Part shown: positions 54,703 through 63,793 of the stretch, in pieces
How positions within the stretch are numbered: the stretch's first letter is position 1
Layout of the letters: each line of letters begins with the position of its first letter
Program-made: the position numbers and the translations under genes
Virus record (IMG/VR): IMGVR_UViG_3300031951_021456
Coordinates: 183,933-247,932 of that record
Strand: one strand, 5' to 3'
DNA: 64,000 nt
The notes under the pieces: generated by a model
The model's input: the letters and a program-made list of their open reading frames with translations, nothing else
The model's database searches: none
Told to the model about the DNA's origin: nothing

Positions 54703-55140
54703 ATGACTAAGCCATCATTGGTTATTGAAACTGTAAAAATGATAGATGTGAATGAATGGGATAAATTTGTCCAAGATGTTTATGGTAAACCCTATAATTT
54801 TCAACAGCAAGATGGTTGCAAAGAAAAGGGTCTAGAAACATTTGTTTGTACTACAACAGAAGAATTTCTTCAATGGGGTATGGAAGAAACAGAATATAAA
54901 GCAACTGAGATTCCATTTGAAGTTAATGGTGAAGAAATGGGTGTAAGTTTTAAAACTTGGATGAATACTACACCTGAGGAAACATCCAAATATTTTGAAT
55001 TTCAATCACAAAATGAATTGTTTTGGCAAAGAAATTTTTATCCTCACATAGACATGATTGCTCATGATTTATATTTAAGGAGTTTGTTGGAACCTGGAGA
55101 ATATACAATAAATATTGATTGCTATTATGGTTTGGTGTAA
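54703..55140 (+). CDS. Conserved phage hypothetical protein
   Basis: WDKFVQDVYGKPYNFQQQDGC...FWQRNFYP. Confidence 0.75.
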   Translation: MTKPSLVIETVKMIDVNEWDKFVQDVYGKPYNFQQQDGCKEKGLETFVCTTTEEFLQWGMEETEYKATEIPFEVNGEEMGVSFKTWMNTTPEETSKYFEFQSQNELFWQRNFYPHIDMIAHDLYLRSLLEPGEYTINIDCYYGLV

Positions 55141-55149
55141 TTTAACCCA

Positions 55150-55205
55150 AACGCCTTCTAAACTGGCACACTCTTTCCATGTTGCATGAGCTTTTCGTGT
55201 ATGTT
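55150..55205 (+). promoter_or_regulatory. Dyad-motif promoter (-10 TATGTT)
   Basis: AACTGGCAC, 30-bp spacer. Confidence 0.6.
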
Positions 55206-55230
55206 AGTAGAGAAACCTAAAGAAGCTTTA

Positions 55231-55449
55231 ATGTCTAGCAAAAAACATCAAAGGTGCTTAAAGGAAAAGCGAGACCGAGAACTTCACTTTGAGGAAGAAT
55301 ATCTTGTCCGTTTTGTAACAGGCAAAAGTGTATTTGTTTATGTTAAGGTTGAACATGGGGTTAATGAAAAGTGCAATCATCAAGAAGCAGAGGACATTGC
55401 AAAAAGGCAATATCCAGGTCTTGATATACTTACTGTTGATTATTGTTAA
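55231..55449 (+). CDS. Hypothetical protein
   Basis: Track 55186..55449; start moved past the promoter. Confidence 0.6.
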   Translation: MSSKKHQRCLKEKRDRELHFEEEYLVRFVTGKSVFVYVKVEHGVNEKCNHQEAEDIAKRQYPGLDILTVDYC

Positions 55450-55464
55450 ATTTAAGGAGCTAAA

Positions 55465-55641
55465 ATGACAATCAAACCTTACTATTTCTATGCTAAATCT
55501 GATGAGTATAGAAAATATTATACCGAACATTCAGAAGATGGAGATTCTCCCATATTAGATTATGACCAACTAATTGATACGATTGTTGACCTTTATGATA
55601 AAATAGCCAAACTTGAGGCGCAAATAAATACCGAAAAGTGA
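55465..55641 (+). CDS. Small hypothetical protein (58 aa, not in track)
   Basis: AAGGAG ribosome-binding site before the ATG. Confidence 0.55.
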   Translation: MTIKPYYFYAKSDEYRKYYTEHSEDGDSPILDYDQLIDTIVDLYDKIAKLEAQINTEK

Positions 55642-55646
55642 TTAAC

Positions 55647-55811
55647 ATGAAGTTTCTCAAATTCCTCAAAAATAAAAATAAAAATGCAGAAGTCACCATA
55701 GACTCTTCTGGAGCTTCTACCGTCAGCATTCTTGAAACAATTCTTAGCGCACAAGGAAAGAAAGAACTAAAAGATATGGCTGAGTTTGCAAAACAACATA
55801 ACCTAAGATAG
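55647..55811 (+). CDS. Small hypothetical protein (54 aa, not in track)
   Basis: Operonic ORF ending just before tRNA-Gly. Confidence 0.45.
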   Translation: MKFLKFLKNKNKNAEVTIDSSGASTVSILETILSAQGKKELKDMAEFAKQHNLR

Positions 55812-55822
55812 ATTCTCTCAAT

Positions 55823-55894
55823 GCGAATTTAGTTCAGCGGCAGAACGCAACTTTTCCAAAGTTGATGACATCGGTTCAAATCCGATAATTCGCT
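55823..55894 (+). tRNA. trnG: tRNA-Gly(TCC)
   Basis: Cloverleaf: GCGAATT/AATTCGC acceptor, U73, CAACT-TTTCCAA-AGTTG anticodon arm, GGTTCAAATCC T arm; no encoded CCA. Confidence 0.92.
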
Positions 55895-55949
55895 TACATC
55901 ATTATATTAGAATAGATTAAAGCAAAAATAAATAATGAAATTTGAATTA

Positions 55950-56005
55950 GACGATTTCTTAACTGGCACACATACTATATTAAACCCACAAATATATCAT
56001 AGACT
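55950..56005 (+). promoter_or_regulatory. Dyad-motif promoter (-10 TAGACT)
   Basis: GACGATTTCTTAACTGGCAC, 30-bp spacer. Confidence 0.7.
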
Positions 56006-56029
56006 ACTAAAGCCATAAGAAATTCAAAA

Positions 56030-56656
56030 ATGATTAAACCCACCGAAGATACTCAAACTTTTTATATTGTAAAGTTTGACTGTGGCTATTATGCTGAAAC
56101 CCAATCATATTTTAAGTGGAGTTTTACTGACAACCCCACATTGGCGAAAAAATACAAGTCACTAAAGAGTGCAAAAAAAAGAGCTGAAACAGTAGAATGG
56201 GGTACAACTTTAATTACTTGTTCCTCACCGTCATATGTTATCGAAAAAGTTATTCTAAAAACAATGTTTGTGATTGATAGTGTTGAATGTGTTTATACTA
56301 CACCTGAACTTTCCAAATCTAAAGCAGCAATAAGTCAAAAAATGATTGAAGAAATTAAAGTTGGAGATATTGTATCTCCCATTAGTTGCGGTCTTTGGCT
56401 GGCAGATGCTCCGGTAGATGGGAATTACTATCAAAAAAGAAATAGGATTTGCGTATTCAAAGACAAAGGGAAAGTATTAAGATTGGATAAAGTTATAATT
56501 GACTATGACGAATGGGACGAGCAAGACATAATTAATGGGTTTGAAGGTTGTATGAGTGTTGGTAAACTAGAATGTATAAATCTTCTTATTGTATGTGATG
56601 CTGGTACTGGATGGGCTGGAGCCGGAGCAGTAACTAAAGTAAAAGAGGAAATTTAA
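56030..56656 (+). CDS. Hypothetical protein
   Basis: 208 aa, probably two fused modules. Confidence 0.7.
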   Translation: MIKPTEDTQTFYIVKFDCGYYAETQSYFKWSFTDNPTLAKKYKSLKSAKKRAETVEWGTTLITCSSPSYVIEKVILKTMFVIDSVECVYTTPELSKSKAAISQKMIEEIKVGDIVSPISCGLWLADAPVDGNYYQKRNRICVFKDKGKVLRLDKVIIDYDEWDEQDIINGFEGCMSVGKLECINLLIVCDAGTGWAGAGAVTKVKEEI

Positions 56657-56657
56657 A

Positions 56658-56870
56658 ATGAATGAAGAAATAGTACAAAAATTATGGAAAGTTTATTGTG
56701 ATGAGTTGATTGATAATGGAGACAAGAATTCTGAAGATGTTCGCCAGGCACTTGCATCTTTTCTTCGTGCTCTAACTGATTATTGTGAAGGGAAATGGGG
56801 AGATAAAGTTTGGTTGGTAACCTCAAAAGATTTATTAGATACTGCAAATCTGTTAGAGAACTTGAAATGA
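56658..56870 (+). CDS. Hypothetical protein
   Basis: 70-aa operonic ORF. Confidence 0.6.
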   Translation: MNEEIVQKLWKVYCDELIDNGDKNSEDVRQALASFLRALTDYCEGKWGDKVWLVTSKDLLDTANLLENLK

Positions 56871-57055
56871 CCAGCATTAAAAAATATCCTCCATATTTGT
56901 GGAGAGAAGATGGTTCAAGATTTACCAAAAATGAAGATGATACATATAGTCATGATGATACTAAAATTAATATGCCAACTTGCTACTATAGATATACTTT
57001 TGAGCGTTTAATGAATACTGGAAAATTTTATCTGTATGAACCTAATAAATTCTAA
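56867..57055 (+). CDS. Hypothetical protein
   Basis: ATGA overlap; track 56810..57055. Confidence 0.55.
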   Translation: MTSIKKYPPYLWREDGSRFTKNEDDTYSHDDTKINMPTCYYRYTFERLMNTGKFYLYEPNKF

Positions 57056-57066
57056 ACAATTCTTAC

Positions 57067-57381
57067 ATGACTTACTCATACAAAAAGAAAAGAAACCCAC
57101 ACAATTATAAAAGAAACACTAGGCGCATTTACTATCATGTAATTTGGTATAGTGAAAAGAAGCGGTTTGTTCGTTATTTTTGTTCTGCAAAGAGAGCGAG
57201 AAATTTCGTTAATTATTTAATTGAAACTGTGAATACCTACTGTCCGATAGATAATTTTGATTGGGAAGGGCCTTATATTGAAATCGAAAAAATTTGGTGT
57301 AGACTTAGACATACTCCACGACATAAATGGTACTATCTTGCAGATAAGAAAAATCAATGGGTTCGTTATGAATGGTATTAA
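57067..57381 (+). CDS. Basic hypothetical protein
   Basis: 104 aa. Confidence 0.6.
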   Translation: MTYSYKKKRNPHNYKRNTRRIYYHVIWYSEKKRFVRYFCSAKRARNFVNYLIETVNTYCPIDNFDWEGPYIEIEKIWCRLRHTPRHKWYYLADKKNQWVRYEWY

Positions 57382-57400
57382 ATATATGAGGATTTAAAAT

Positions 57401-57679
57401 ATGAAACTTAAACTTAATGCAGTTACTATTACTTACACTAAGTCTCTTACATTCATTCCAACTGAACAAATGTTCAGTGATTGGGATGAAGTGCCAACTC
57501 AAAAAGAATTTGAGGATTATGCTAGTCAAAAATTTGATGTTGAACTATACAAAGAAGTAAGGCAATCCGAACCTGGAAATTTTACTATTATAAAACATCC
57601 TAATTCTTTTGAGATCAATTATCAAGAATTAGAAGAAGTTAAAATTGATTCTAGTATTTTTGATGAAGAATTAGACTAA
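57401..57679 (+). CDS. Hypothetical protein
   Basis: 92 aa; NAVTITYTKSLTFIPT...PTQKEFEDY. Confidence 0.7.
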   Translation: MKLKLNAVTITYTKSLTFIPTEQMFSDWDEVPTQKEFEDYASQKFDVELYKEVRQSEPGNFTIIKHPNSFEINYQELEEVKIDSSIFDEELD

Positions 57680-57873
57680 TGGATGGAATCATTGTCTAAG
57701 TAAAATTGCAACAGAATTAATTAAATGACTAGAAATGCCTGAACCAAAATTTGAAAAACCTCCAATATACGTTTCAGAATCTGGCATAGCTTATGTAAAA
57801 GCTAAAGATATTTTAATGAGTCAAAAGGGGCAGAAAGAAATCTACAGACTCTGTAATGCCCTAGAAAACACAA

Positions 57874-57929
57874 GACAATTTAAGAACTGTCACAACTAAA
57901 ATAGATTCAAGAAAATTTTGTTCTAGAAT
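57874..57929 (+). promoter_or_regulatory. Dyad-motif promoter (-10 TAGAAT)
   Basis: GACAATTTAAGAACTGTCAC, 30-bp spacer. Confidence 0.7.
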
Positions 57930-57956
57930 TTGTGAAATTGAACTTTCCTAAAAACA

Positions 57957-58388
57957 ATGACCAATTCCAATACAATTGAAACTCTTGAAAATGAGTTAAA
58001 TGAACTTCAAAGTGAAATTGAAAAAGCTGGATTAGAATATCAAGCTAAAAACAGATTTTTTCGCAGACAAAAACATGAAATAAAAAACCAAATTAGACTG
58101 ATTAAAGGAATCCCTGAAGAATTTAAGGAATATTTTGATTATATGATGTTTAGCCCAAGAGATATTTTTAATGATTTTTTACTTGAAGCCCGAGTTTATA
58201 ACTTTGATAGTAAAGAAGAATTACTTAATTTTTTAAAAGAGAAAAGAAAACTTTCAAATATAATGACGTTTTATTCTTATAAAGTCAATGAATTTAAACC
58301 ATTGGATTATTTTGATCCATCTTTAAATGAGTTTGTAAAAGAAAGGGTAGAAAAGCATCACATTAGATTTTCTTTCATCCAAAAATAA
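57957..58388 (+). CDS. Hypothetical protein with N-terminal coiled coil
   Basis: 143 aa. Confidence 0.7.
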   Translation: MTNSNTIETLENELNELQSEIEKAGLEYQAKNRFFRRQKHEIKNQIRLIKGIPEEFKEYFDYMMFSPRDIFNDFLLEARVYNFDSKEELLNFLKEKRKLSNIMTFYSYKVNEFKPLDYFDPSLNEFVKERVEKHHIRFSFIQK

Positions 58389-58723
58389 TGAACAATTTAA
58401 CAGAATCAAACCAACTGAAACCTTATACAAAAGAAGAGATGCGGGAAAGGTTTTTACAACAATGTAGAAATTTAGCCAAATATTGGTCTAGAGTTAAAGA
58501 TCAAACTAAAGAAGAACTGTGTGATGGTGTTGTATTTTCAATTTTAAATGTTATTGATGGGGGTTCTGGTGGATTTCCATGTGCTATTGATTTGGTTCTT
58601 CGCCCTCATCCAGAAGATAAAGATTATTGGATAACCGAAGGTGAGAATTGGGTAGAAGATGGTCAAGTTATCAACAATGATACAAATCTCCATGATTACT
58701 ATTTTAAAGGGGAGCAGCAATGA
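58388..58723 (+). CDS. Conserved phage hypothetical protein
   Basis: CDGVVFSILNVIDGGS. Confidence 0.7.
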   Translation: MNNLTESNQLKPYTKEEMRERFLQQCRNLAKYWSRVKDQTKEELCDGVVFSILNVIDGGSGGFPCAIDLVLRPHPEDKDYWITEGENWVEDGQVINNDTNLHDYYFKGEQQ

Positions 58724-59136
58724 CAATTAATCTTAATGACTTTGTGAATCAATTTGTTAAAATTAAACTGAGAAATGGCAGCATTTATTATGGAGTAATT
58801 GAGCTTAATGCTTATCAACCTGCTGATTATTCATATCTTTTTCAGTCCCAAGACTCAACGAAAAGATTTTGGTTTATGAGCCATGGTTGTCAGAGCATTT
58901 GGAAATCTAGTCTTGATATTATAGAGATAGAACAAGTTAAATCTCCAATACAAACTACTAATTCTAGTTTCTTAGAGTGGTTCTCTAGTGAATATGGAAA
59001 TTTTTCTTTTCGCTCTGAAGCATTTTTTGCTGACTGTGAAATAAAAGATGTAAAAATCTTAAAACGCATGATGTTCAAATGGCTTCAAGCTGCTTATGAA
59101 GCCGGGACACAATGCAAAGTGGAACAAGAGTCTTAA
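58720..59136 (+). CDS. Hypothetical protein
   Basis: 138 aa. Confidence 0.7.
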   Translation: MTINLNDFVNQFVKIKLRNGSIYYGVIELNAYQPADYSYLFQSQDSTKRFWFMSHGCQSIWKSSLDIIEIEQVKSPIQTTNSSFLEWFSSEYGNFSFRSEAFFADCEIKDVKILKRMMFKWLQAAYEAGTQCKVEQES

Positions 59137-59151
59137 AAAGCATTTTATTTC

Positions 59152-59478
59152 ATGTATGATAAGAAAAACAACAAAATGAAACCCTTTCCAATACCCCGCG
59201 ATGAGACTTGGATTTCTGGCACATTCCACCTTCTTCTAAAATTAATTGGTGAGAATTATTCTACTGATCATGAATTTTCTAATGATGTTTTCACTATTCG
59301 CCCATATTATTGGGGAGATGAAGAAGACGAAATTAATAGAGCAAATTTTGAAATTCCATCAGAAAATTTTAATATTTCTTGGTACAAATATCCATTTAGA
59401 AATTCATATTCTAGTGAACTAATTACACCAGAGCGTTGGTATCACCTTATCCAAAAATGTATTGAGAGCCTAAAATGA
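59152..59478 (+). CDS. Conserved phage hypothetical protein
   Basis: FSNDVFTIRPYYWG...ISWYKYPFRNSY. Confidence 0.7.
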   Translation: MYDKKNNKMKPFPIPRDETWISGTFHLLLKLIGENYSTDHEFSNDVFTIRPYYWGDEEDEINRANFEIPSENFNISWYKYPFRNSYSSELITPERWYHLIQKCIESLK

Positions 59479-59789
59479 CCGAAAATAGAAAATTAGTTTT
59501 TGAATATGAGAGGATTCTTACCGGCTCATATGAAGATGTTGACATCAGTGAACTAATCCATAAACTTAAGCATCTTAGATCCCAAGGGTATTCTAGAGTT
59601 GAAACTGATTATAGGTATTTGGATACGTGGGATAGTGAAAAAACTTTTATTGTAAGAGCAAGAAAATCCCGCAAAGAAACTGACAAAGAATATCATGCTC
59701 GCATTGAGAAAGAAGAACAACAAAAAGCAGAATCTGAGGAATACCGGCGTAAACAATATGAGAGACTTAAAATGGAGTTTGATTCATGA
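59475..59789 (+). CDS. Hypothetical protein
   Basis: RKETDKEYHARI...ERLKMEF. Confidence 0.7.
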   Translation: MTENRKLVFEYERILTGSYEDVDISELIHKLKHLRSQGYSRVETDYRYLDTWDSEKTFIVRARKSRKETDKEYHARIEKEEQQKAESEEYRRKQYERLKMEFDS

Positions 59790-59811
59790 ATACATACTTT
59801 TCAATCATAAA

Positions 59812-59976
59812 ATGAAGTCCTTCTCAGAACTCACCAAAGACTTCTCACCTGAAAGGAGAGAACATATTGAAAGTAAAAAGGATGATTTAAGGCAACAACT
59901 ATACAAACCATTACCAAAAATAAGATCTGATATATCAAATCCGTATGATTCTTCTGGGCGATCTAAAGTAGAATGA
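59812..59976 (+). CDS. Small hypothetical protein
   Basis: MKSFSELTKDFSPERREHIE; track 59695..59976. Confidence 0.5.
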   Translation: MKSFSELTKDFSPERREHIESKKDDLRQQLYKPLPKIRSDISNPYDSSGRSKVE

Positions 59977-60332
59977 AACTTTACAACAAAAGACAAAAAA
60001 CATCAATTCGTTCAGATGTCAAAGAGAGTGTTTTAGATATTAAATTATTTGATTTTGGAAATTTTGATTTATTAAATTTTCAAAATCAAATATTTGATGG
60101 AATTAACGGAAATTCTTTTCATTCTATTAGATATTCTTTGCAATTATTCAATTATAAAAATTTCTCTTTATTTTCATTTTATTGGGATGATGATCCCACA
60201 CAAGGATTTCAATTAACATTGTTTGCAATGAATTCACATATTTTATTGACTCTACAATTAAGCATGTTTGATCACACTTTTTGTTTTTCATTTTGCCAAA
60301 ATGAAGCTATTAGATTTGATGAACATTTATAA
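59973..60332 (+). CDS. Hypothetical protein
   Basis: 119 aa, Phe-rich. Confidence 0.55.
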   Translation: MKLYNKRQKTSIRSDVKESVLDIKLFDFGNFDLLNFQNQIFDGINGNSFHSIRYSLQLFNYKNFSLFSFYWDDDPTQGFQLTLFAMNSHILLTLQLSMFDHTFCFSFCQNEAIRFDEHL

Positions 60333-60356
60333 TAACACGGTTTTGTTTTTTGTGAA

Positions 60357-61004
60357 ATGAACATGAATCATTATAAATACCCGAGAACCTTACATGTTCC
60401 ATGGTCCAAAGGAATTACTTCTGACGATAAAGTCTGTAAAAATATTTCACATTTTGAAGGTCTTGATGTAGTTCTTACTGAAAAGATGGATGGAGAAAAT
60501 ACTTCTCTTTATCGGGATCATATTCATGCAAGAAGCTTAGATTCAAGGGGTGGAGAAGATAGAGCATGGGTTAAACAATTTTGGTCACAGATCCAACTTG
60601 AAATCCCAGATGGATGGAGAATCTGTGGAGAGAATTTATTGGCACAACATTCAATTCGCTACGAAAACTTGAGTTCTTATTTCTATGGCTTTAGTATTTG
60701 GAATGAGAACAATATTTGTTTGGATTGGAAATCTACTCTTGAATTATTTTCAATTCTTAACATAACGCCAGTACATGTGTTATATTCTGGAGTGTTTGAT
60801 GGCAAATTATTCAAAGAAATTGCGAACCAATTAGATGAAGAAAAAACTGAAGGTTATGTCATACGCTTAGCCGATTCTTTTTCGTATGAAGATTTTGGAA
60901 AATCTGTGGCCAAATATGTAAGATCAAATCATGTTAAAACTGATAAACATTGGAGAACTCAAATCTTTATTCCAAATACATTGAAGTGTTATGAAAATTC
61001 TTAA
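60357..61004 (+). CDS. RNA ligase (Rnl2-like adenylation domain)
   Basis: KYPRT.H, TEKMDGEN, ICGENL, FYGFSIW, EGYVIR, AKYVR. Confidence 0.88.
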   Translation: MNMNHYKYPRTLHVPWSKGITSDDKVCKNISHFEGLDVVLTEKMDGENTSLYRDHIHARSLDSRGGEDRAWVKQFWSQIQLEIPDGWRICGENLLAQHSIRYENLSSYFYGFSIWNENNICLDWKSTLELFSILNITPVHVLYSGVFDGKLFKEIANQLDEEKTEGYVIRLADSFSYEDFGKSVAKYVRSNHVKTDKHWRTQIFIPNTLKCYENS

Positions 61005-61347
61005 AGTAAATAAAACTGTTGAATACATTGTAGAGACTGATAATTTGTTCTTTCCATTCTATAGAACAAATGAAGATGGTTCAGAATGGGAAAATCTCAT
61101 TGGAGAATCTTGGGAACCTGTTTATCTAGGTTATTATACAAAAACTGAAGATGAACTACCAAATTTGTTTAAAGAACATGTGAGAAATAATCCAGAAGAA
61201 TCCAGTTTACAGTTTAAAGAAGTGGGTGAATGGATTAAGAAAACTTATTATGAATGTGTAAGATATGATGGTAAATTGTGGCATAGAAAATATGGGGATA
61301 TGGATACAATTAATGATCTTATTAAAATTCTCAATGAAGCAGTGTGA
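60991..61347 (+). CDS. Hypothetical protein
   Basis: 118-aa operonic ORF. Confidence 0.65.
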   Translation: MKILKVNKTVEYIVETDNLFFPFYRTNEDGSEWENLIGESWEPVYLGYYTKTEDELPNLFKEHVRNNPEESSLQFKEVGEWIKKTYYECVRYDGKLWHRKYGDMDTINDLIKILNEAV

Positions 61348-61553
61348 AAGGCACAATTTCTCCAGAATTGAGAGCAATATTAAATAATAGGCATCTTTAT
61401 AAACAATTTATAGGTGGTTTTGATACAGTGCCAAGAAAAAATTTTACTATAACCGACGAAAGTGGAAATACAATTACAATTAAATTTCCAAATAATAGTA
61501 AATATAAACCAAGAAAAAGAAGAAATATTTTTGAGGTTTTACTTGGTAAATAA
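61344..61553 (+). CDS. Hypothetical protein
   Basis: 69 aa, GTGA overlap. Confidence 0.55.
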   Translation: MKGTISPELRAILNNRHLYKQFIGGFDTVPRKNFTITDESGNTITIKFPNNSKYKPRKRRNIFEVLLGK

Positions 61554-61575
61554 AATTTATTTATCTAAAACTTAA

Positions 61576-61812
61576 ATGAAAAAGCTAATTGAATTCTTAT
61601 TGCCCATTTGTTTGCACGAGTGGGAGACTGAAGACAAACTGGATATTTATAGGGTTCATCCAATAATTGGAGCATTTGATCCTAATGATGAATGTAAAAA
61701 TAAATTTTTACCAGAAAAATATAGAAGCCCTATAGGTTATTGTTACATCTTAAAATGTAAAAAATGTGGAAGGATTAAGAAACATGTTGAATACTTTAAA
61801 TATGACACTTGA
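61576..61812 (+). CDS. Small Zn-finger-like protein
   Basis: CLHEWE...CKKCG. Confidence 0.65.
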   Translation: MKKLIEFLLPICLHEWETEDKLDIYRVHPIIGAFDPNDECKNKFLPEKYRSPIGYCYILKCKKCGRIKKHVEYFKYDT

Positions 61813-61858
61813 AAAACTGGCACGCATCAGCTCCACAGACCAATTTTCATGCTACACT
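61804..61858 (+). promoter_or_regulatory. Dyad-motif promoter (-10 TACACT)
   Basis: GACACTTGAAAAACTGGCAC, 29-bp spacer. Confidence 0.72.
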
Positions 61859-61878
61859 TACAGTAGTTTAAAAAAATT

Positions 61879-62208
61879 ATGATTTCTGCATTGGACCTTG
61901 CAAAAGTTCTAAAATTAGCCGACGATTTGGGGTATGAGTATAATACATACTCTACTCGTGCTGAGCAGGTTTTAACGATAGTTTTTCATATCCCAGATGA
62001 GGATGAAGATGCCTTCAGGAACAAAAAAATTATTATGGTGATTGATCACGAATACCGTAATTATAAATCCTATAACTTTGATTTTTGGGTATTGAGTGAA
62101 GTTGAGGTTCTTTTTAATAAAAAACTGAAAGAAAAACAATTGCGTAAAGCAGCGCTTGCAAAACTCACAAAAGAAGAGATTAAACTATTGGGAATTGAAA
62201 ATGATTGA
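61879..62208 (+). CDS. Hypothetical protein
   Basis: C-terminal RKAALAKLTKEEIKLLG, common in phage small proteins. Confidence 0.7.
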   Translation: MISALDLAKVLKLADDLGYEYNTYSTRAEQVLTIVFHIPDEDEDAFRNKKIIMVIDHEYRNYKSYNFDFWVLSEVEVLFNKKLKEKQLRKAALAKLTKEEIKLLGIEND

Positions 62209-62512
62209 TGTCAGCAAACTAACTCCTGAGGAAATTTCAAATCTTAAACAACAGCTAGAAGAACATGAAAGAAAAAATAATCTGAAAGGCTATCATGTTT
62301 CATTTATCGTTAGATTTGATCCTAAGGCTCATGTGGATGATGCATTAACATGTGATGGAGATTTAGATATAGAAATTTTCAGGGAATACATTTATGAAAA
62401 TATAGTTTTTTCAATAATAAAGGATTTTAATCTAGGAAGTAAAGTTAAATTTGAAACATGCAGTTATCCTCGGGTAAGACTAGCAACAACCGAAGAATTA
62501 GAGATCCTTTAA
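62201..62512 (+). CDS. Hypothetical protein
   Basis: Track 62156..62512. Confidence 0.6.
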   Translation: MIDVSKLTPEEISNLKQQLEEHERKNNLKGYHVSFIVRFDPKAHVDDALTCDGDLDIEIFREYIYENIVFSIIKDFNLGSKVKFETCSYPRVRLATTEELEIL

Positions 62513-62742
62513 TGACAGATTCCTTTAAATGCATTTATGAAATTGATGATGGCTATGTTGGAAGTTCAAGACCACAAAGTTTTACAATCAGTGTTGATGA
62601 TCTTGAAGATGAAGAAGACTACAATTCCATTTTTCATAATATGATGCAAGAAGACTTTGAACAAAACATCTATCCGTATCCAAAAAACCTAGATAAATTT
62701 TTAGAATGGGCAGATCAAAAGAGCTTACAGAAACAGAAGTAG
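62512..62742 (+). CDS. Hypothetical protein
   Basis: YEIDDGYVGSSRPQSF; track 62458..62742. Confidence 0.6.
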   Translation: MTDSFKCIYEIDDGYVGSSRPQSFTISVDDLEDEEDYNSIFHNMMQEDFEQNIYPYPKNLDKFLEWADQKSLQKQK

Positions 62743-62894
62743 AAGTTTTACTTAATGCGATTGATTACACATTAGAAACTATTTCTCCAGGTATTAGAAA
62801 ACAGACTAGACCCGAATGGGTTGAAATTCATTTAGGGAGAGCATTTCAAGCTGAGGCATTTTTAACATACGCTAGACAGATTCTTAAACAATGA
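62706..62894 (+). CDS. Hypothetical protein
   Basis: 62 aa. Confidence 0.5.
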   Translation: MGRSKELTETEVEVLLNAIDYTLETISPGIRKQTRPEWVEIHLGRAFQAEAFLTYARQILKQ

Positions 62895-63253
62895 AACCAT
62901 TTCTGCATAGTAGAATTCACGCCAAAAAGTATGGAGGAATTCCATCTGATTACGATGATATTGATACTTTCATTGACAGTAGTAAAATGACGTGTCCAGA
63001 TATGAGACAAAGAGCAATTTTACATTCAGCTTTTGGCTGCTTTATTGTTGAACAAGTATTTGGAATTACTAGAGTGAATTCAGATGGAATTACATATTCC
63101 CCTAGAGATGTTGCTGAAGACCACATCATTCAAGATTTGGGGTTCATTCCAACAACTGAAGCATATTTAAAAAATATGACACTTCAACCTTGGATGAGTG
63201 GTACTCAAAAACAACAAACAAAAACTACAACTTTTATTCCTATTGGAGATTAA
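62891..63253 (+). CDS. Conserved His-rich protein (resembles DUF6915)
   Basis: PFLHS..HAKKYGG..DY..I..FIDSSK...RAILHSAFG...AEDHI..DLG.IPT. Confidence 0.65.
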   Translation: MKPFLHSRIHAKKYGGIPSDYDDIDTFIDSSKMTCPDMRQRAILHSAFGCFIVEQVFGITRVNSDGITYSPRDVAEDHIIQDLGFIPTTEAYLKNMTLQPWMSGTQKQQTKTTTFIPIGD

Positions 63254-63255
63254 TT

Positions 63256-63717
63256 ATGTCAATTACGCAAATTAGTGAAGAGTTTATTGATTCATATAAT
63301 AAAATTTATGAGGAGCTAAAACAAAAAGGTCAAGAAAATCTTAAAGAAGTTTTTAAGATTTTTTGGGAAGCTAACCCAAATGTTAATGTTGTATGTTGGT
63401 CCCAATATACACCATATTATATGGATGGTGAAAAATGTGTGTTTAGAATTAATGATATTATGATTTCTAATTTAAACGATAAATCTCAATTTAATCTTTT
63501 AAATTGGGGTGAATATGATGGTGATGATGAATCTGTTTGGGTGACAGATAGCTGGGGCGAGAAAAGCAGTTATTTTGATGCTGCAATGGCAAATCAGCTT
63601 GATAACTTTATTCACTCTTCCGCAATGGAAGAAATTCTTAATAGTCTTTTTGGTGATCATTGCATCGTTTTTGCAACCCGCGAAGGGTTTTATTCTGAAC
63701 AATATGATCATGACTAG
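63256..63717 (+). CDS. Conserved phage hypothetical protein
   Basis: WSQYTPYYMDGEKCVF...LFGDH; track 63190..63717. Confidence 0.7.
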   Translation: MSITQISEEFIDSYNKIYEELKQKGQENLKEVFKIFWEANPNVNVVCWSQYTPYYMDGEKCVFRINDIMISNLNDKSQFNLLNWGEYDGDDESVWVTDSWGEKSSYFDAAMANQLDNFIHSSAMEEILNSLFGDHCIVFATREGFYSEQYDHD

Positions 63718-63771
63718 ACGGTTTACTAACTGTCCATAACTGGTCTAATGTTGAAGATTTTTCACTATAAT
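63717..63771 (+). promoter_or_regulatory. Dyad-motif promoter (-10 TATAAT)
   Basis: GACGGTTTACTAACTGTCCA, 29-bp spacer. Confidence 0.7.
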
Positions 63772-63793
63772 AAGAAAAGTTCACCCAAATACT

